This document shows positions 24,360-37,634 of a DNA stretch of 64,000 bases, piece after piece (position 1 is the first letter of the stretch; every line of letters starts with the position of its first letter). The notes beneath the pieces are model-generated. The model ran no database searches and was not told the DNA's origin. It saw only the letters and a program-made list of their open reading frames with translations. The translations under genes and the position numbers were made by a program. The DNA comes from Octopus sinensis (lineage: Eukaryota): contig NC_043021.1 in the NCBI RefSeq assembly GCF_006345805.1, forward strand, positions 15,996,001 to 16,060,000. Reading direction: 5' to 3'.

Positions 24360-25575
24360 TGTATATATTTATATTTTGAATAGTATTGCCCAGGTGTCAA
24401 AACCACAGGCATATCTGTTTGGGCAGCTGATGATGAGCATACACATGTTCAATTGTGAATTTCTTATATTTTAGTCTTGTTATTCTGGGGGTTGTCCCTT
24501 CATTCTTGTAAAGTGAAAAGTGTTTGTGGATTCATAGCTTGTGGGGATCGCTACTTTGGCATCGTTTGGTTTTCTTCATAGGTAACCTAATTAGGCATTG
24601 AACAATGCTTAGATATTGGTGTCTAGTTTGTTTATATATATATATATATATTATATTATGCTCACATGCACTAGATTTGCTACCTGGCATTACCTGGTAA
24701 ATAGCAGTTTATTGAATGGGAATCATGTTACTTATAAATATGTCTTTAATCTAAATTCTGGGTTTCTTTTTAAAACCCTGTAGAATTTAAATCAGCCAAA
24801 TCTGGCCCAAATTTCTACCTGTTTTATGTTCAAACTGGCCAGATCCAGCCTCTCGCACCTACCCTACAATGTCATTGAAATCTTTGTCTGAAAAGGGGTA
24901 TTGATAATGCTGTCTGAATTAAAGAAGACAACTCCACCTTATTGACTGAAACTGGAAAATTCCTATTCTGTATATATCATCATTTAACATCCTGCTTTCT
25001 ATGCTGGCATGGGTTAGATGGCTTGACAAGGACATAGCCAGAAGGCTGTGCCAGATTCTGTGTCTGCTTTGGCATAGTTTCTACAGCTGGGTGCTCTTCC
25101 TAATGCCTACCATCTAACATGATAGGTGTGTGTATGGGTCTTTGTGTCTGTGTTTGTCCCCCACACTCACCTACTTCACCAATTGACAACAGTTGGTGGT
25201 TTGTTTACATCCCCATGACTTTGCTGTCCAGCAAAAGAGACTGATAAAATAATTACCAGGCTTAAAAAAAAAAAGAAACTAATGGGATTGATTCATATGA
25301 CCAAAATTCTTCAAGGCAGTGCCCCAGTATACCTGCAGTCTAATGACTCAAATAAGATATATTAGACACACACACACATACACGGGCTTCTCTCAGTTTC
25401 TGTCTACCAAATCTACTCATGCAAATTTTCTAGAACCAGGAGGCACTTCTCCAAGGTACTGTGCAATGGTATTGAACCTGAAACTACATAGTTACAAATT
25501 TCTTTCTTTAACAATACAGCCATAATGACACTGAGATTAGCTGCAGTAGGGCCAGTGTCCAGTGTTAGATTGTTA

Positions 25576-25622
<47 letters not shown>

Positions 25623-26034
25623 ATATCATCATCAATATTTAACGTCCGTTCTCCATGCTAGCATGGGTTGGACGGTTCAACCGGGGATCTGGGAAGCCAG
25701 AAGGCTACACACACACATGTATGATGGACTCTCCCTCGAAGATGATGTTGAAGTATGGGTGTTCAGCTGTTGCTGAATGACCTGCACATTATAATTTGTT
25801 TATAATGATTGAATGCATGTGCTGCATATTAGCTCACTCCTTCCATCGGATTGATGTGGCCTGAAGAAGTGCATGGTGTACCATGCATCAGATGTCGAAG
25901 TGATTTCAGAGCAATGTGAGATGAAGTGGTTTGCTCAAAAGCTCAACTACCCCACCCAGTCTAGGGGTTGACACCACGATCTCACAATCCCGAGTACAAC
26001 ACACACCCTAACCACTTAGCCATGTGTCCTCATG

Positions 26035-26290
26035 CATGCATACACAACACACATACACAACACACATACACAACACACACACAACACACATACACACATA
26101 CATACACACACATACATACACACACATGCACAACACACATACACAACACACACACATACACAACACACATACACAACACACATACACATACACATACACA
26201 CACATACACATACACACACACACACATACATACACACACACATACACACACACACATACACACACATACACACACACACACACACACACA
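26035..26290. repeat. Compound (CA)/(CATA)/(CAA) microsatellite
   Basis: Visible directly in the sequence. Confidence 0.95.
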
Positions 26291-27428
26291 ATCTGTAAAT
26301 AATGCCCTGATATTAAGACTATTTTCTTCAGTCAATACATATTATTTACAGAATTGTCACTCAGTACTGACTGTGTTTCGGCAAAAGAGACCGATAGAAT
26401 AAGTACTGGGCTTACAAAGAATAAGTCCCGGGGTCGAGTTGCTCGATTAAAGGCGGTGCACCAGCATGGCCGCAGTCAAAATGACTGAAACAAGTAAAAA
26501 GAGAAAAAGAGAAAGAGAGTACTGACTGCAGTACTTGGTGGGTTCTTTATTTTTATCAATCACAAGGAGATGAAAGGAAAAGTTGACTTTGATAGAATTT
26601 GGTGAATTCCAGCAGCACAGTATAGAAATGTTCCAGTAATTCTTGTAATCCACTCCCTTCTGTGTTGGTGGTGGCAGTTATGTTTCAAGGGAAACTGTTT
26701 TGACAATCTGTTATTTAATATAGAAATGACTTGCATGTTTATTATTTGTGTTCCATCACATCCTGCTTTGTGTAATCCTGTTCAGAGAAGATGGCCTTCA
26801 ACCCAAACTGACTGAGATCATGTAGGATTGTTTTGGTCTTAAACAATTATTATAGAAGCAGGCTTGGCTGTATCATTAAGAAGCTTGCTTTGTATCCCTA
26901 TAATTTTGGGTTCAGTCCCACTGTGCAGCACCTCGGGCAAATGTTTTCTACTAGAGCCTTGGGCCAACTATTTCCTTGTGAATGAATTTAATAGATAAAC
27001 TGTGGAGGCCCACTATCCTTAAATCCTGAAAATGTTTTAGCCCGAAGGCTGCGGCCATGCTGGGGCACCACCGCTGAGTGATGTCATTATGTGTGTCTTT
27101 TTATTCTATGTTTGACCTCCCATATTGTTCGACGACTGATGTTGGTTTGTTTATGTCCCTTTAACTTAGAGATTCAGTAAAATAGACCGACCAATAGAAT
27201 AAGTACCGGACTCAAAAAGTAAGTATTGGGGTTGGAGGTATTGATTTGCTTGACTAAATGCCTTCAAGGCAGTGCCCTGGCATGGCCACAATCCAATGAC
27301 TAAAACAAACAAAAGATAAAAACATTAAAAAGACCCACTCATTCTGTTTCTACTTTAAATGTTTGTAATTTCGTATATATTTTCAGTCTGGATGAATGTT
27401 TTAGGAAATTCATATTATTCATTTATAA

Positions 27429-27787
27429 CAGTGGTTCCCAAAGTGGGCAGTATTGCCCTTTTGAGGGTGGTGGAAAGTTCGAAGGGGGCATTGAAGAAAA
27501 GTGGGGGGATAATGGGGTAGCAATTCATGTAAAAAGTGGGGTGATCATTGGGTAGCGATTCATGTAAAAACAACAAAATAATAGGTTCATTACTCATTAC
27601 TCGTTTACTCGTTTGACTGTGGCCATGCTGGGCACCGCCTTTAATCGAGCAATTCGACCCCGGGACTTATTCTTTGTAAGCCCAGTACTTATTCTATCGG
27701 TCTCTTTTGCCGAACCGCTAAGTAATGGGGACATAAATACACCAGCATCGGTTGTCAAGCAATGCTAGGGGGACAAACACAGACACA

Positions 27788-27872
<85 letters not shown>

Positions 27873-28202
27873 ATATATATATATACACGACAGGCTTCTT
27901 TCAGTTTCCGTCTACCAAATCCACTCACAAGGCTTTGGTCGGCCCGAGGCTATAGTAGAAGACACTTGCCCAAGGTGCCATGCAGTGGGACTGAACCCGG
28001 AACCATGTGGTTGGTAAGCAAGCTACTTACCACACAGCCACTCCTGCGCCTATTGGGTGAAGTTTTATTTGTGAAATACAGTTGTTTTGAATTTGCTTCA
28101 GAATGAGGTCTAATGTTTGAGATGGTCAGTTGGAGTGGGGGCACTAGGAATGTGGCCTGGGTGTCAAGGGGATAACAGCCAGAAAATGTTTGGGAATCTC
28201 TG
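27429..28202. mobile_element. hAT-type MITE interrupted by a SINE
   Basis: Left end cagtggttcccaaa and right end tttgggaatctctg. The flanks atttataa / atttaaag match at 6 of 8 positions. Confidence 0.5.
27591..28050 (-). mobile_element. Full-length SINE family A
   Basis: Reverse complement of the family A consensus with an expanded internal CA/TA microsatellite. Confidence 0.9.
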
Positions 28203-28516
28203 ATTTAAAGGTACTGCAAAGCTCAGAACTGGACTCTATCTAGCATTGATGATTTGTAACTTTGGGCAATAGTAACATGTCAAAGGCTGTTCAAGATGTC
28301 TTTATTGTCTTAAAGGCTCTTAGGTTGGCAGATTGGCAGAATTGGTAAAGCGTCAGACAAAATATCTTGTATCTGTTCCTGCTGTTAACCCTTTAGCATT
28401 TAAACTGGCCTATCCAGTCCAAGTTTTCTATCTGTTTCATTCTTAAACCAGCCAGATTCAAACTTTCATGTGTACCCTACAGTGTTATTCTAAAAATGAG
28501 CAACTGCAACATTATA

Positions 28517-28681
28517 GGCACAGGAGTGGCTGTGTGGTAAGTAGCTTGCTTACCAACCACATGGTTCTGGTTTCAGTCCCACTGCGTGGCACCTTGGGCA
28601 AGTGTCGTCTACTATAGCCTCGGGCCGACCAAAGCCTTGTGAGTGGATTTGGTAGACGGAAACTGAAAGAAGCCCATCGTA

Positions 28682-28719
<38 letters not shown>

Positions 28720-28936
28720 CGTATATGTTTGTGTGTCTGTTTGTCCCCCTAGCATTGCTTGACAACCGATGGTGGTGTGTTTATGTCCCTGTCACTTAGC
28801 AGTTCAGCAAAAGAGACCGATAGAATAAGTACTGGGCTTACAAAGAATAAGTCCCGGGGTCGAGTTGCTCGATTAAAGGCGGTGCTCTAATATGGCCGCA
28901 GTCAAATGACTGAAACAAGTAAAAGAGTAAAAAGAG
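28517..28936 (+). mobile_element. Full-length SINE family A, inserted in a piggyBac-type MITE starting at 28389
   Basis: A and B boxes and tail. Upstream lies TTAA|ccctttagcatt at 28385-28400. Confidence 0.9.
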
Positions 28937-30386
28937 AATTGGAAAAACTGAAGCTACAAAATAATGTGCGAATACATAATAATCAGTGAATATTTAACGA
29001 GCATCTATATGCAAATTATTTGCTCAAGTAATTAAAACAAATATTTAAATTGACAGACACATTTAGTGTCTGTCAATTAATGATCTGAAAAAGATTTAAA
29101 CAAGAAAACAAACTTCACAAAATGAACAGTATCCACTTTACGAGGCTGGTGTTTGCTGCTGTTGATGGAAACGGCTTTATAGACAAGAGAGGAATAAATA
29201 AAATATGAAGATACAGTTATGTTTGTTTTGCTATTTTCAAGAACATCATAATGTAGACATGTACAATTCTAATCTCTTGTGTTGTAGTACTTGGAATGGT
29301 TCCAATATTTTCTAGTTTCAGAAGCTTGTTGCTTTATGCCTCAAGGTCACTACAGCATCTTTTCACCGAGTTAATCATGAACCCTGAAAATTTCTTCAGA
29401 TCTTGAGTGACAGCTACACTATCTTACCTTCTTGCTCTGTGTGTGTGTCTGTCTGTCTGTTTGTCTCTCATACACACACATATATATATATATATATGAT
29501 GAAATATTGTATCAACCAGATTATTGGATGTGGCTATACACTGCTAGTCACAATGTGCTTTCTTGCATTATTGTAACTTTCGAAGGATACCCCGCTGCTG
29601 GCTAGACAGGCAGGCCAATATTCCCCCTGGACGGGTTGCCAGTCCATCACAGGGTTACCTATTTACAACTGAGTGGACTGGAGTAATGTGAAACTAAATG
29701 TTTTTCTCATGAGCACAACACACTGCCAGCCTGTGAATCAATACCATAATCATGCAGTCACGAGTCCAATGACTTATTAGGTCAAGTACCTTCACAATGA
29801 GGAGTTAATATTTATCTTTATATGTATTTAAGCTGGTATCTCTAGCTCTATGGGTGTGCTGTCCTAAATATTCAGAATTTATGGTCTTTTTTTTCTCTTT
29901 TTTTTTTGCAAAGGTGTCAAGGATATCTATATAAAGATTGTAGGGTCTTTCTAATTCTAAAGATATAAGTCTTTATTCTGAAAATGTTTGGGCCTTCTGA
30001 AGTAGTTAGGGTCCTATTTTAAAGGTGCAATGGTCTTTTTCCTAAGGTATAAATCTTCACTGTAAATGTCCTGGAAGTTAATTGAAGCGATTGGACTTTG
30101 AGATTGCATGGTTCAGCTGGCAACATAGAAGCTTCCGTGCTGTCTTGCAAGAGTATTTATACCTGTAAAGGGGATGAAAGGTAACTTCACTTGGAGGATG
30201 TTGAAAATCCCATTTCTAGAGTGGAGGACTGAGTTGAAAGTATTTTGATGAGAACTCATTTTTTGTTTTTCTCTTGCATACATTGATCTGTGGAAATTTA
30301 AATGGACATTAACCACATCAAAATCTAACCAGCTTGGGAACATCTGTTGCAAAGATCATAGGCATAATCTCCTCCTGCTCCAATTA

Positions 30387-30441
<55 letters not shown>

Positions 30442-30442
<1 letters not shown>

Positions 30443-30821
30443 TAGCAGCATCGCCTGACGTTGCTCGGGTTTGTTTCAACCCTTTAGAATTGGAATTTTT
30501 GAAAAGTAAAAATTTTGCATTATGTAGCTTGTTATTCTCTTTAAGTGAACATTTTTCTGGTTGAAATACACTGAAAAATGGCGACACAGCAGTAAAAAAA
30601 TCGTAAAAAATAGGGATTTTCATAGAAAAAAAAAGCACCTTTTTGATGTAAAAAGTTTTTGGTGTTAACATGGTCCGATTTGAATTTTATCTTCTACGGA
30701 ATGAAGAGTATCATACTCTCAATTTTGGTCAACTTGCACTGGAGGGTCTCTGAGGAGATAGTGTTAGTTGAAGGCTATCAAACCTGCCACACACAGACAA
30801 CTTCAGCTTTATATATAAAGA
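30442..30821 (-). mobile_element. Non-autonomous Helitron
   Basis: Homologous to 4981-5365, with TC start, hairpin and CTAG|T end on the minus strand. Confidence 0.8.
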
Positions 30822-31222
30822 TATATATATTGAGTGGGTGGGTGTTCGAGTGTCAGCATGTTTGTATGCTTAAGCAGTTTGCTTCAGAGATCTTGGTAAG
30901 CTCAAGTGCCGTGAGGAATGAAGAATTGGAAAGAATATTACAAGCTCTTGATTTTCATCTGAGAAAGAGAAATAATCATATTGCATCATCATCATCATCA
31001 GCTAGTCTTTTGACTAAATAGATGAAAACATTTCCAAAGATAGGTGATGTTTTCATCTGTTTTATCAATTGCTGATATTGATCTGTAGTTGATAATCTTT
31101 TTTAAATGTCGAAACAGAAAGATAAAATGGTGCCAAATCCTGAATAACTTCCCATATATGCATATTGTAAGGAATCTACATTGAGTGCCATTGCGTAAAC
31201 TTAAGTATACCATGTGTTTTAA

Positions 31223-31584
31223 CCCTGTAGCATTTAAACTGACTACGTCCATTTGAAATATTCTGCATGTTTTGTGTTCAAACTGGCCAGATCTGGCGTC
31301 TCCCATCTACCCTATAATGTCATTCTAAAAATAAATAATCACTTCATTGATATATTGAAGCTTACAAGATAATGCTAGATTAATTAAAAACAATGTGAAT
31401 AAATAGAGAGGGAAGCTGGTATGCATGGGCGACTGCTGGTCTTCCATAAACAACCTTGCCCAGACTTGTGTTTTGGAGGGAAACTTTCTGGGTGCATGAC
31501 CAAAGGGATTTTTTACCCTTCAAAATATTGGGGATATATAAGCATAGCATTATATTTGACAGAATAATTTGACTGCTGAAAAGG
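31223..31584. mobile_element. piggyBac-type MITE with a ~100-bp SINE-tail insertion
   Basis: TTAA|ccctgtagcattt...gctgaaaagg|TTAA. The segment 31405-31500 matches 53430-53490 in inverted orientation. Confidence 0.6.
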
Positions 31585-34500
31585 TTAAAGCACAAAATTT
31601 ATGGAAGGTTTAACTGCACATATAGGACCCAGGGTAACTTGTTTTATGATATTTATTTTTGTTTTTTAAACAAACTTCTTATATACCGTCAAATAATATA
31701 TCTACTTGTGTTTGTTCTACTGAAAAGACTTTCAACTTGTTTACAGAAAAATGCTATGAGTAATTAGTGCTAAAGTTACTTGCTTGCACATCAGTACGTC
31801 ATCTGGAATGTGAACCCAACATAGAAAGATAGAACCGAAAGTGTCACACGTAATATTTGGCAATTTGGAGTTTACAAATAGATTATTTTAAGCTGAGTCT
31901 ATTTGTTGTTGTATATCCTGTTGTTGTCCCTGGTCAATATTATGATGTGATCATTTTTCTGTTTTCTCTACTTCTTTATCTTGTCCATTTTTTTTTCTTT
32001 TCTATGATAGTTGTCTCCTATTTCAGTGTGTAAAAACCCTACAAATAAAATTAATGTCACAGCTATTCTACACATTTTCTTTCTGTTTGTTTGTTTGTTT
32101 GTTTGTTTGTTTGTGTGTTTCTCTTCTTCTGAAGTTTGGTTGACTGACTCGATTAATTGATCAGTTAGGATTTCCATTTATTTTTTATTAATCAAACAAA
32201 AATCATTCGACCAACGAAGCCATTAATGGAAACCGAGAGCTGTGTGTGTATCTCTATACTTGCTATCTCTTTAATATATCGTATTATAATTTGTAGTATA
32301 GTAGCCTTAAAAGTCATGAGTAAAACTTTGTTCTGTGTATGATGTTGTATACATGAGCAATAAACATAACCAACCCTTACCTCTGTTGGCTTGTCCAGTG
32401 GCCCTCAAGCATTCATCTGGTGGCCCCTAATGGGTCCCGTCTTCCTATAAATATAATAAATTCTTCTGTAATTGAATTGTGTTTTATGTTTCTTTGGTGC
32501 GGGACCCCCTAGTTTTGGATCTGGACAAATATTAAAAAGGTTAAGAACCACTGCTTCTGTTTGAAGAGCAGAGGCCATTGTAGCAGCAGTGGAAAAGGCA
32601 GAGAGAGGAGACAGTGTATATGTTGGCCAGAGTTTGGAGTGTATTGGTAAGTGACTTCATGAAGTCTGTTGAGTTGCCTTCTTGCTTGATTGCCGCCTAT
32701 GCTGTCTGTGAATATGTAACAGCTGTACCAGTCTGAGATTACCTGGGAGCGATACTCCTTTGTGGATCTCACCTGAGCTTTGAATTGGGTTTGTAGTTGT
32801 TTGTGTATGTGTGGGGGGATGTATTATTATTTTTTTTAGCTCTATAAAGGAAGATCAGTCATTGTGATGTTATATCTGTTGTGTCAAGGATGGTGCATTC
32901 TCCAGGAAGGATCTTCAATAATGGTTGTGGTCTGGTATTTGTTGCAACCCTAAGGGTTCTAGTTGTTGCCTGTTCATGTTGTTGTAGTGGTATAGGATAA
33001 TGTTTGTTTTATGTGTAGCAATTGCCTTTGGGTTGTTGATGGAGGAGACAAGAATGGCTTGGCTTCAAACAATTTGAAGGAACTTTTTGCAGTCTGTTCA
33101 TGTTTTACTGGGTTAACCTCACAACCATGCTTACTGTGCCCAGGTATGCTCCAATTAAACTACAATTGTGCTAAGAGTCTTTTGTGATTTGTACATGTCC
33201 ACCTGATGGACTTTGTGTGCCCTTGCAAGTGAGAGATCAGCTAAACATAGGACTGAGTGCATTCTGAAACCAAGGAAATGAAAGATAGGTAAAGGTCCTC
33301 ATTTAGCATGAGGAATAGAGTGCCTACCATTTTGGGTCTTACCCTTCATTTGCGAATGAGGAAAGGAAGCATGTAGAAGAATACACAAGAAGACAGTTTG
33401 CTCTGTGTGTATTGGATGGAGGAGGAGGGTAGCATGTGAGACAGATTAGCCCGTATGTAAACTGGAGAAAATGCATTTAAAATGAAAATGATGACGATGA
33501 TAATTGCTAAAGCCAGCCCAAATACTGGAGATAGATGGGTGACCTTAAGCAATGAAAACAATCTTCTTCCTCCAACAGATATTGTGTTTGTTAGATCAAT
33601 TGATTGGACAGTGACGCAGTCTAGTGTCAACAATGGAAATTTGACTGGTATGTCGTGTACACAATGTTGCTCGCATGTGTGCGAGCACATGCACACGCAC
33701 TGCAAATCACCATGCAGTGAACCATGTAATGTAATCCCACGCCTTTTCTCAGATTACACACATGATATGTTCTGGTTTTGTAGGTCGGTCCCGGGGGCTA
33801 CAATCTTGTTCTGTTATCTCTACCTGTGTGCTGATAGAGAAATTGGATCTAAACAACAATAACAATTGTTGTTTAATGTTGTTTAGCCCTTGGACAACTC
33901 TAATCAAGAGCCTTTAGATCAAAGGCATTATAAATGGCAGTGCCCCAGCATGGCCACAGCACGTGAGCTGAAACTAGATAAAATTAAAAAAATAAAAATA
34001 AATAAAAATAGTCATGATGGGCCCCTCTTTATTTTCCTTTAACTATTTCTGGGACTAACTATATGATCTAATGTTCTTTCCTTGTTGTTGTTTTAATACC
34101 CAGTCAGCCATGATCAGGTCAATTATGACCATCCCATCTTTATTTTATACCTTCTACAATTACATTATATTCAATATGCCATTTGCTACTATTTTTTTTT
34201 TTACCTTTTTACAGATGGCAGGATATTATTTGAGTGATTTTTGGTTACTGTTTTCAGCAAGCTGAGTGTCCACTGTGAGGCTCCCTCATTACTTTGAGAT
34301 AACAAAATGTTGTTAGATTTGTTTTCTTCCTTGACATCTTTCTCTGACTGATGCTGAAGCTGGATGCGTCATACTTTAAGCTTGTCTTATTCAAGAACAG
34401 ACATAAATATTTCATAGTTCAGTTAAATCATTTCTATGTGTCGTTGACTCTGACTTCGGAGATTAGGAGAAAGGGGGAAAAAGATGGCAGTTAATTATAT

Positions 34501-34639
34501 GAGAGCACTAGCACAGATCTGGCTATCAGCTGAGTCCATTATGAAGAATGTCTTGCCACCTTCCTTTATCTAGGAAAGGCTTGGCAGATTTTATGTCTTG
34601 TGGCCCTGGTGAAAGGGGTTGAATAGTAGATGAGACTGA

Positions 34640-34800
34640 AAGGGCTGAAGACGGACACCTTCCTCTTTGGCAAGCCCTCGTCATAACTGTTTCAAGTTTC
34701 ATATGAAAGGAAAATGAAGTGCTGCTATGCAGTAAATTTGTTGAAAGGATGGATGAAGAGTGGCAAGTATAGTCCGTGTAACTGGATCTCTGCAAGAATT
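34640..34800 (+). mobile_element. Highly decayed CR1-group RT fragment
   Basis: The frame reading FVERMDEEWQV*SV*LDLCKN resembles the D.G..VD.VYLD..KAFD RT motif. Confidence 0.35.
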
Positions 34801-34816
34801 TACCTATAGAATGTAA

Positions 34817-35040
34817 GGCGGCAAGCTGGCAGAAACGTTAGCATGTCGGGCGAAATGCTTAGCGGTATTTCGTCTGCCACTACGTTCTGAGTTCAAATTC
34901 CGCTGAGGTCGACTTTGCCTTTCATCCTTTTGGGGTTGATTAAATAAGTACCAGTTACGCATTGGGGTCGATATAATCGACTTAAGCCGTTTGTCTGTCC
35001 CCTCTGTGTGCAGCTCCTTGTGGGCAGTAAAGAAATAAGA
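34817..35040 (+). mobile_element. Full-length SINE family B (Meta-like domain)
   Basis: tRNA-like head (agctggcagaa; gagttcaaattcc), core ctttgcctttcatcctttt/cggggt.gat.aaataagtaccag and an aaagaaataa tail. An older copy follows at ~35276-35500. Confidence 0.85.
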
Positions 35041-35789
35041 ATATACCTATAGATTTGTGAGGGACATTTGGGAGAGGGTGCTTCCCTTAGTGGTCAGAAT
35101 GATTATCATTTTTGTGGGGTTTCCACAAATAGTCCTCCTTTGAAGAAATTTTGTTTTGAATTTTAAAAAAATTCTGTTATCCTCTTGTCTACATGTACTC
35201 TCACCCTGTATTATCCTGTACCATCATTGATCTTTCTGTAAACCCTTATGGTTAATAAAGCATTGTTATAATCAAGGCGGTGAGCTGGCAGAATTGTTAG
35301 TGCATTGGACAAAATACTTAGTGGCATTTCTTCCAACACTTTACATTCTGAGTTCAAATCCTGTTGGAACCAACTTGGCATTTCCTCCTTTAAGGGTGGA
35401 TAAAATAAGTACCAGTCACATGCTGGGGGATCGATGTAATCGAGTTGCCCCCTTCCCTCAGTATTGCAGGCTTTGTACTAAAATTAGAATGAATTGTTAT
35501 TATAATGATAAAATCTGATTAATAAAATAAATAACAAAAATTTCTATTAAAATTCTTTTCCTTTTTTAAAATAAAATTGTGTATTTGCACAAGGTCCCAA
35601 GTTAACCAGATTTCTTATGAGTGGGTTTGGTGGATCAAAAGTGAAAGAAACTCTGTGTGTGTGTGTGTGTGTGAGAGAGAGAAAGAGAGAGAGACTGTTT
35701 TTGTTTTCATTTCTTAGCAGAATCTTATTTTTCTTTTTATATACTTTGAGGTCTCAATATTCATTCATTCGCAATCTTTTAATTGGTTT

Positions 35790-35825
<36 letters not shown>

Positions 35826-35829
<4 letters not shown>

Positions 35830-35998
35830 AAATATTAATTCGAGACAAAACCACTATTTTGCAAAACAACAAGGAAAGACTTAATCAATACATAAGTGAA
35901 TTATTATTTCTTTATATTAAAAATTTTTATGTATTGATTAAGTCTTTCCTTGTTTGTTTTGCAAAATAGTGGTTTTGTCTCGAATTAATATTTTATAA
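35826..35998. repeat. Near-perfect 70-bp inverted repeat with a 32-bp spacer, next to (TA)n
   Basis: 35826-35895 versus 35928-35998, with a single 1-nt indel. Confidence 0.9.
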
Positions 35999-36077
35999 TA
36001 TTTTACTATAAAATTGGATTTAATCCTAAATCTGATTTTTTCCCTGTAAATTTGGATTTATTCCCTAATATTTATTA

Positions 36078-36115
<38 letters not shown>

Positions 36116-36440
36116 AAGAATAATATGAATGGGCACAAAGTGTATGACTACACACGTTTCCATAATGGGTTTATTCAGAGCACAAGTGTTTTGTGTAACT
36201 TGATATGTCACATTATGCAAATGTGGGTCTTCATAAAATTTCACTTCTTCAGATAAGTACACCTTAGAATATTTCATAGGTGACATGCTCATAAATATTT
36301 GGCTGTTGATTTGCCTTGATCTGATTTGATTCCCTTTTTTCATAATTTTTACTGTGTGTATGTATGTGTGTGTGTGAGTGTATATTATATTATATTTGAA
36401 ACAGTTTGGTTTCGTTTTGTGCTGCTTTAAGTTTCGCAAG

Positions 36441-36657
36441 CTCCTAACGGGAGACCAACTCCTTCAGACTTCTGGAATGCCAAATAGAGAGATCTAGGAA
36501 GTCCATTGCAGGCCCCTAATGGGAGACCAACTCATTCAGATTTCTGGAATGCCAAATAGAGAGATCCAGGAAGTCCAAAAGCCATCTTGGACTTCCAGGA
36601 TCTGTCTATTTGGCATTCCAGAAGTCTGAAGGAGTTGGTCTTCCAGTAGGGGCCTGC
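36441..36657. repeat. Direct-direct-inverted triplication forming a 71-bp hairpin
   Basis: 36508-36578 pairs with 36587-36657 (65/71, 8-nt loop). 36441-36507 is a direct copy of most of the 5' arm. Confidence 0.9.
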
Positions 36658-37601
36658 GTAACTTAAAGCAGCATGGAATGGAATCAAACTGTTTTAAATC
36701 ATACATGTTACTCCTAAATGTGTTGAGTGCCCTTTTCTTTTGTTTATTCATATATATATATATATATGTTGTTTGCAACCTGCTTATGTGTGTTTGTTTC
36801 CCACTGCTTGATAACCAATGTTGGTTTGTTTATGTACATGTAACTTAGCAGTTCAGTGACAGTGACTGAAGAAATAAGCACCAGCCTTTAAAAAAAAACC
36901 CTTCAAGGTGGTGCCCCAGCATTGCCACAGTCCATTACTGAAACAAGGAAAAGAAAAAAGTTAAAGTAGGTTGTGATTTAAGGAAGATTTGGTTGTTATT
37001 TCTAGTAAGCTGAGCAACTGTATAGAGGGTACCTCCTTTTGACCTAGTCCTTGTAAGTTTCTTTATAAATCTGTCAGAATATGACTAAAACATTGCAAGT
37101 GAGAGGTATCAACAGTTTCAACTGAGCTACATCAGATGTTCATTCTTTTATATATATGTGTGTGTGTGTATGTATATATATATATATATATATATATACA
37201 TACAGAGAGAGAGAGAGATGGGTTTAGTTGTTTAGTTCATTGATTTATATGTTATATATCTTGATGCCTCAGTTTACATCTTTCTGCCCAATATATGAGT
37301 TGTTTACAACTAAAGGCAGGCTGACTATCGGAGGTATGTAGTGATGGTGAGTAAATTCACTGCAGTCACCGTGTAGTGAGAGAGTGAGTAATGAGACTAG
37401 TAAAGCTACTAGACATGAAAACAGTTAGTTTTCTTCATATGATTGGGTTAATTTCCATCTGTACATACTACTAATATTGTTGGCACATATTGGCATACCA
37501 AAATATCCTGTTGCTGTTGATGTAAATTCTGATGGGTTAACTAATTCTTCAGTGTTTGTGTGTGTGGTTCACATGATAGTTATATACACTCCCTAGAGAA
37601 G

Positions 37602-37634
<33 letters not shown>

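Noticed and set aside
24427-24460. CTGATGA plus a 7-bp stem (TGAGCAT/ATGTTCA)
   Set aside because: The GAAA position reads ATTG and there is no helix I or III. At most it is a dead remnant.
25968-26402. H/T-rich and C/V-rich ORFs
   Set aside because: They are translations of the CA microsatellite.
32509-32772. Minus ORF with IFTDS, like the RNase H of I-group LINEs
   Set aside because: A single short motif with no supporting flanking similarity is too weak to call.
34526-34795. 89-aa Ser-rich minus ORF as a host exon
   Set aside because: There is no recognisable homology or clear splice sites, and the opposite strand shows a decayed RT motif.
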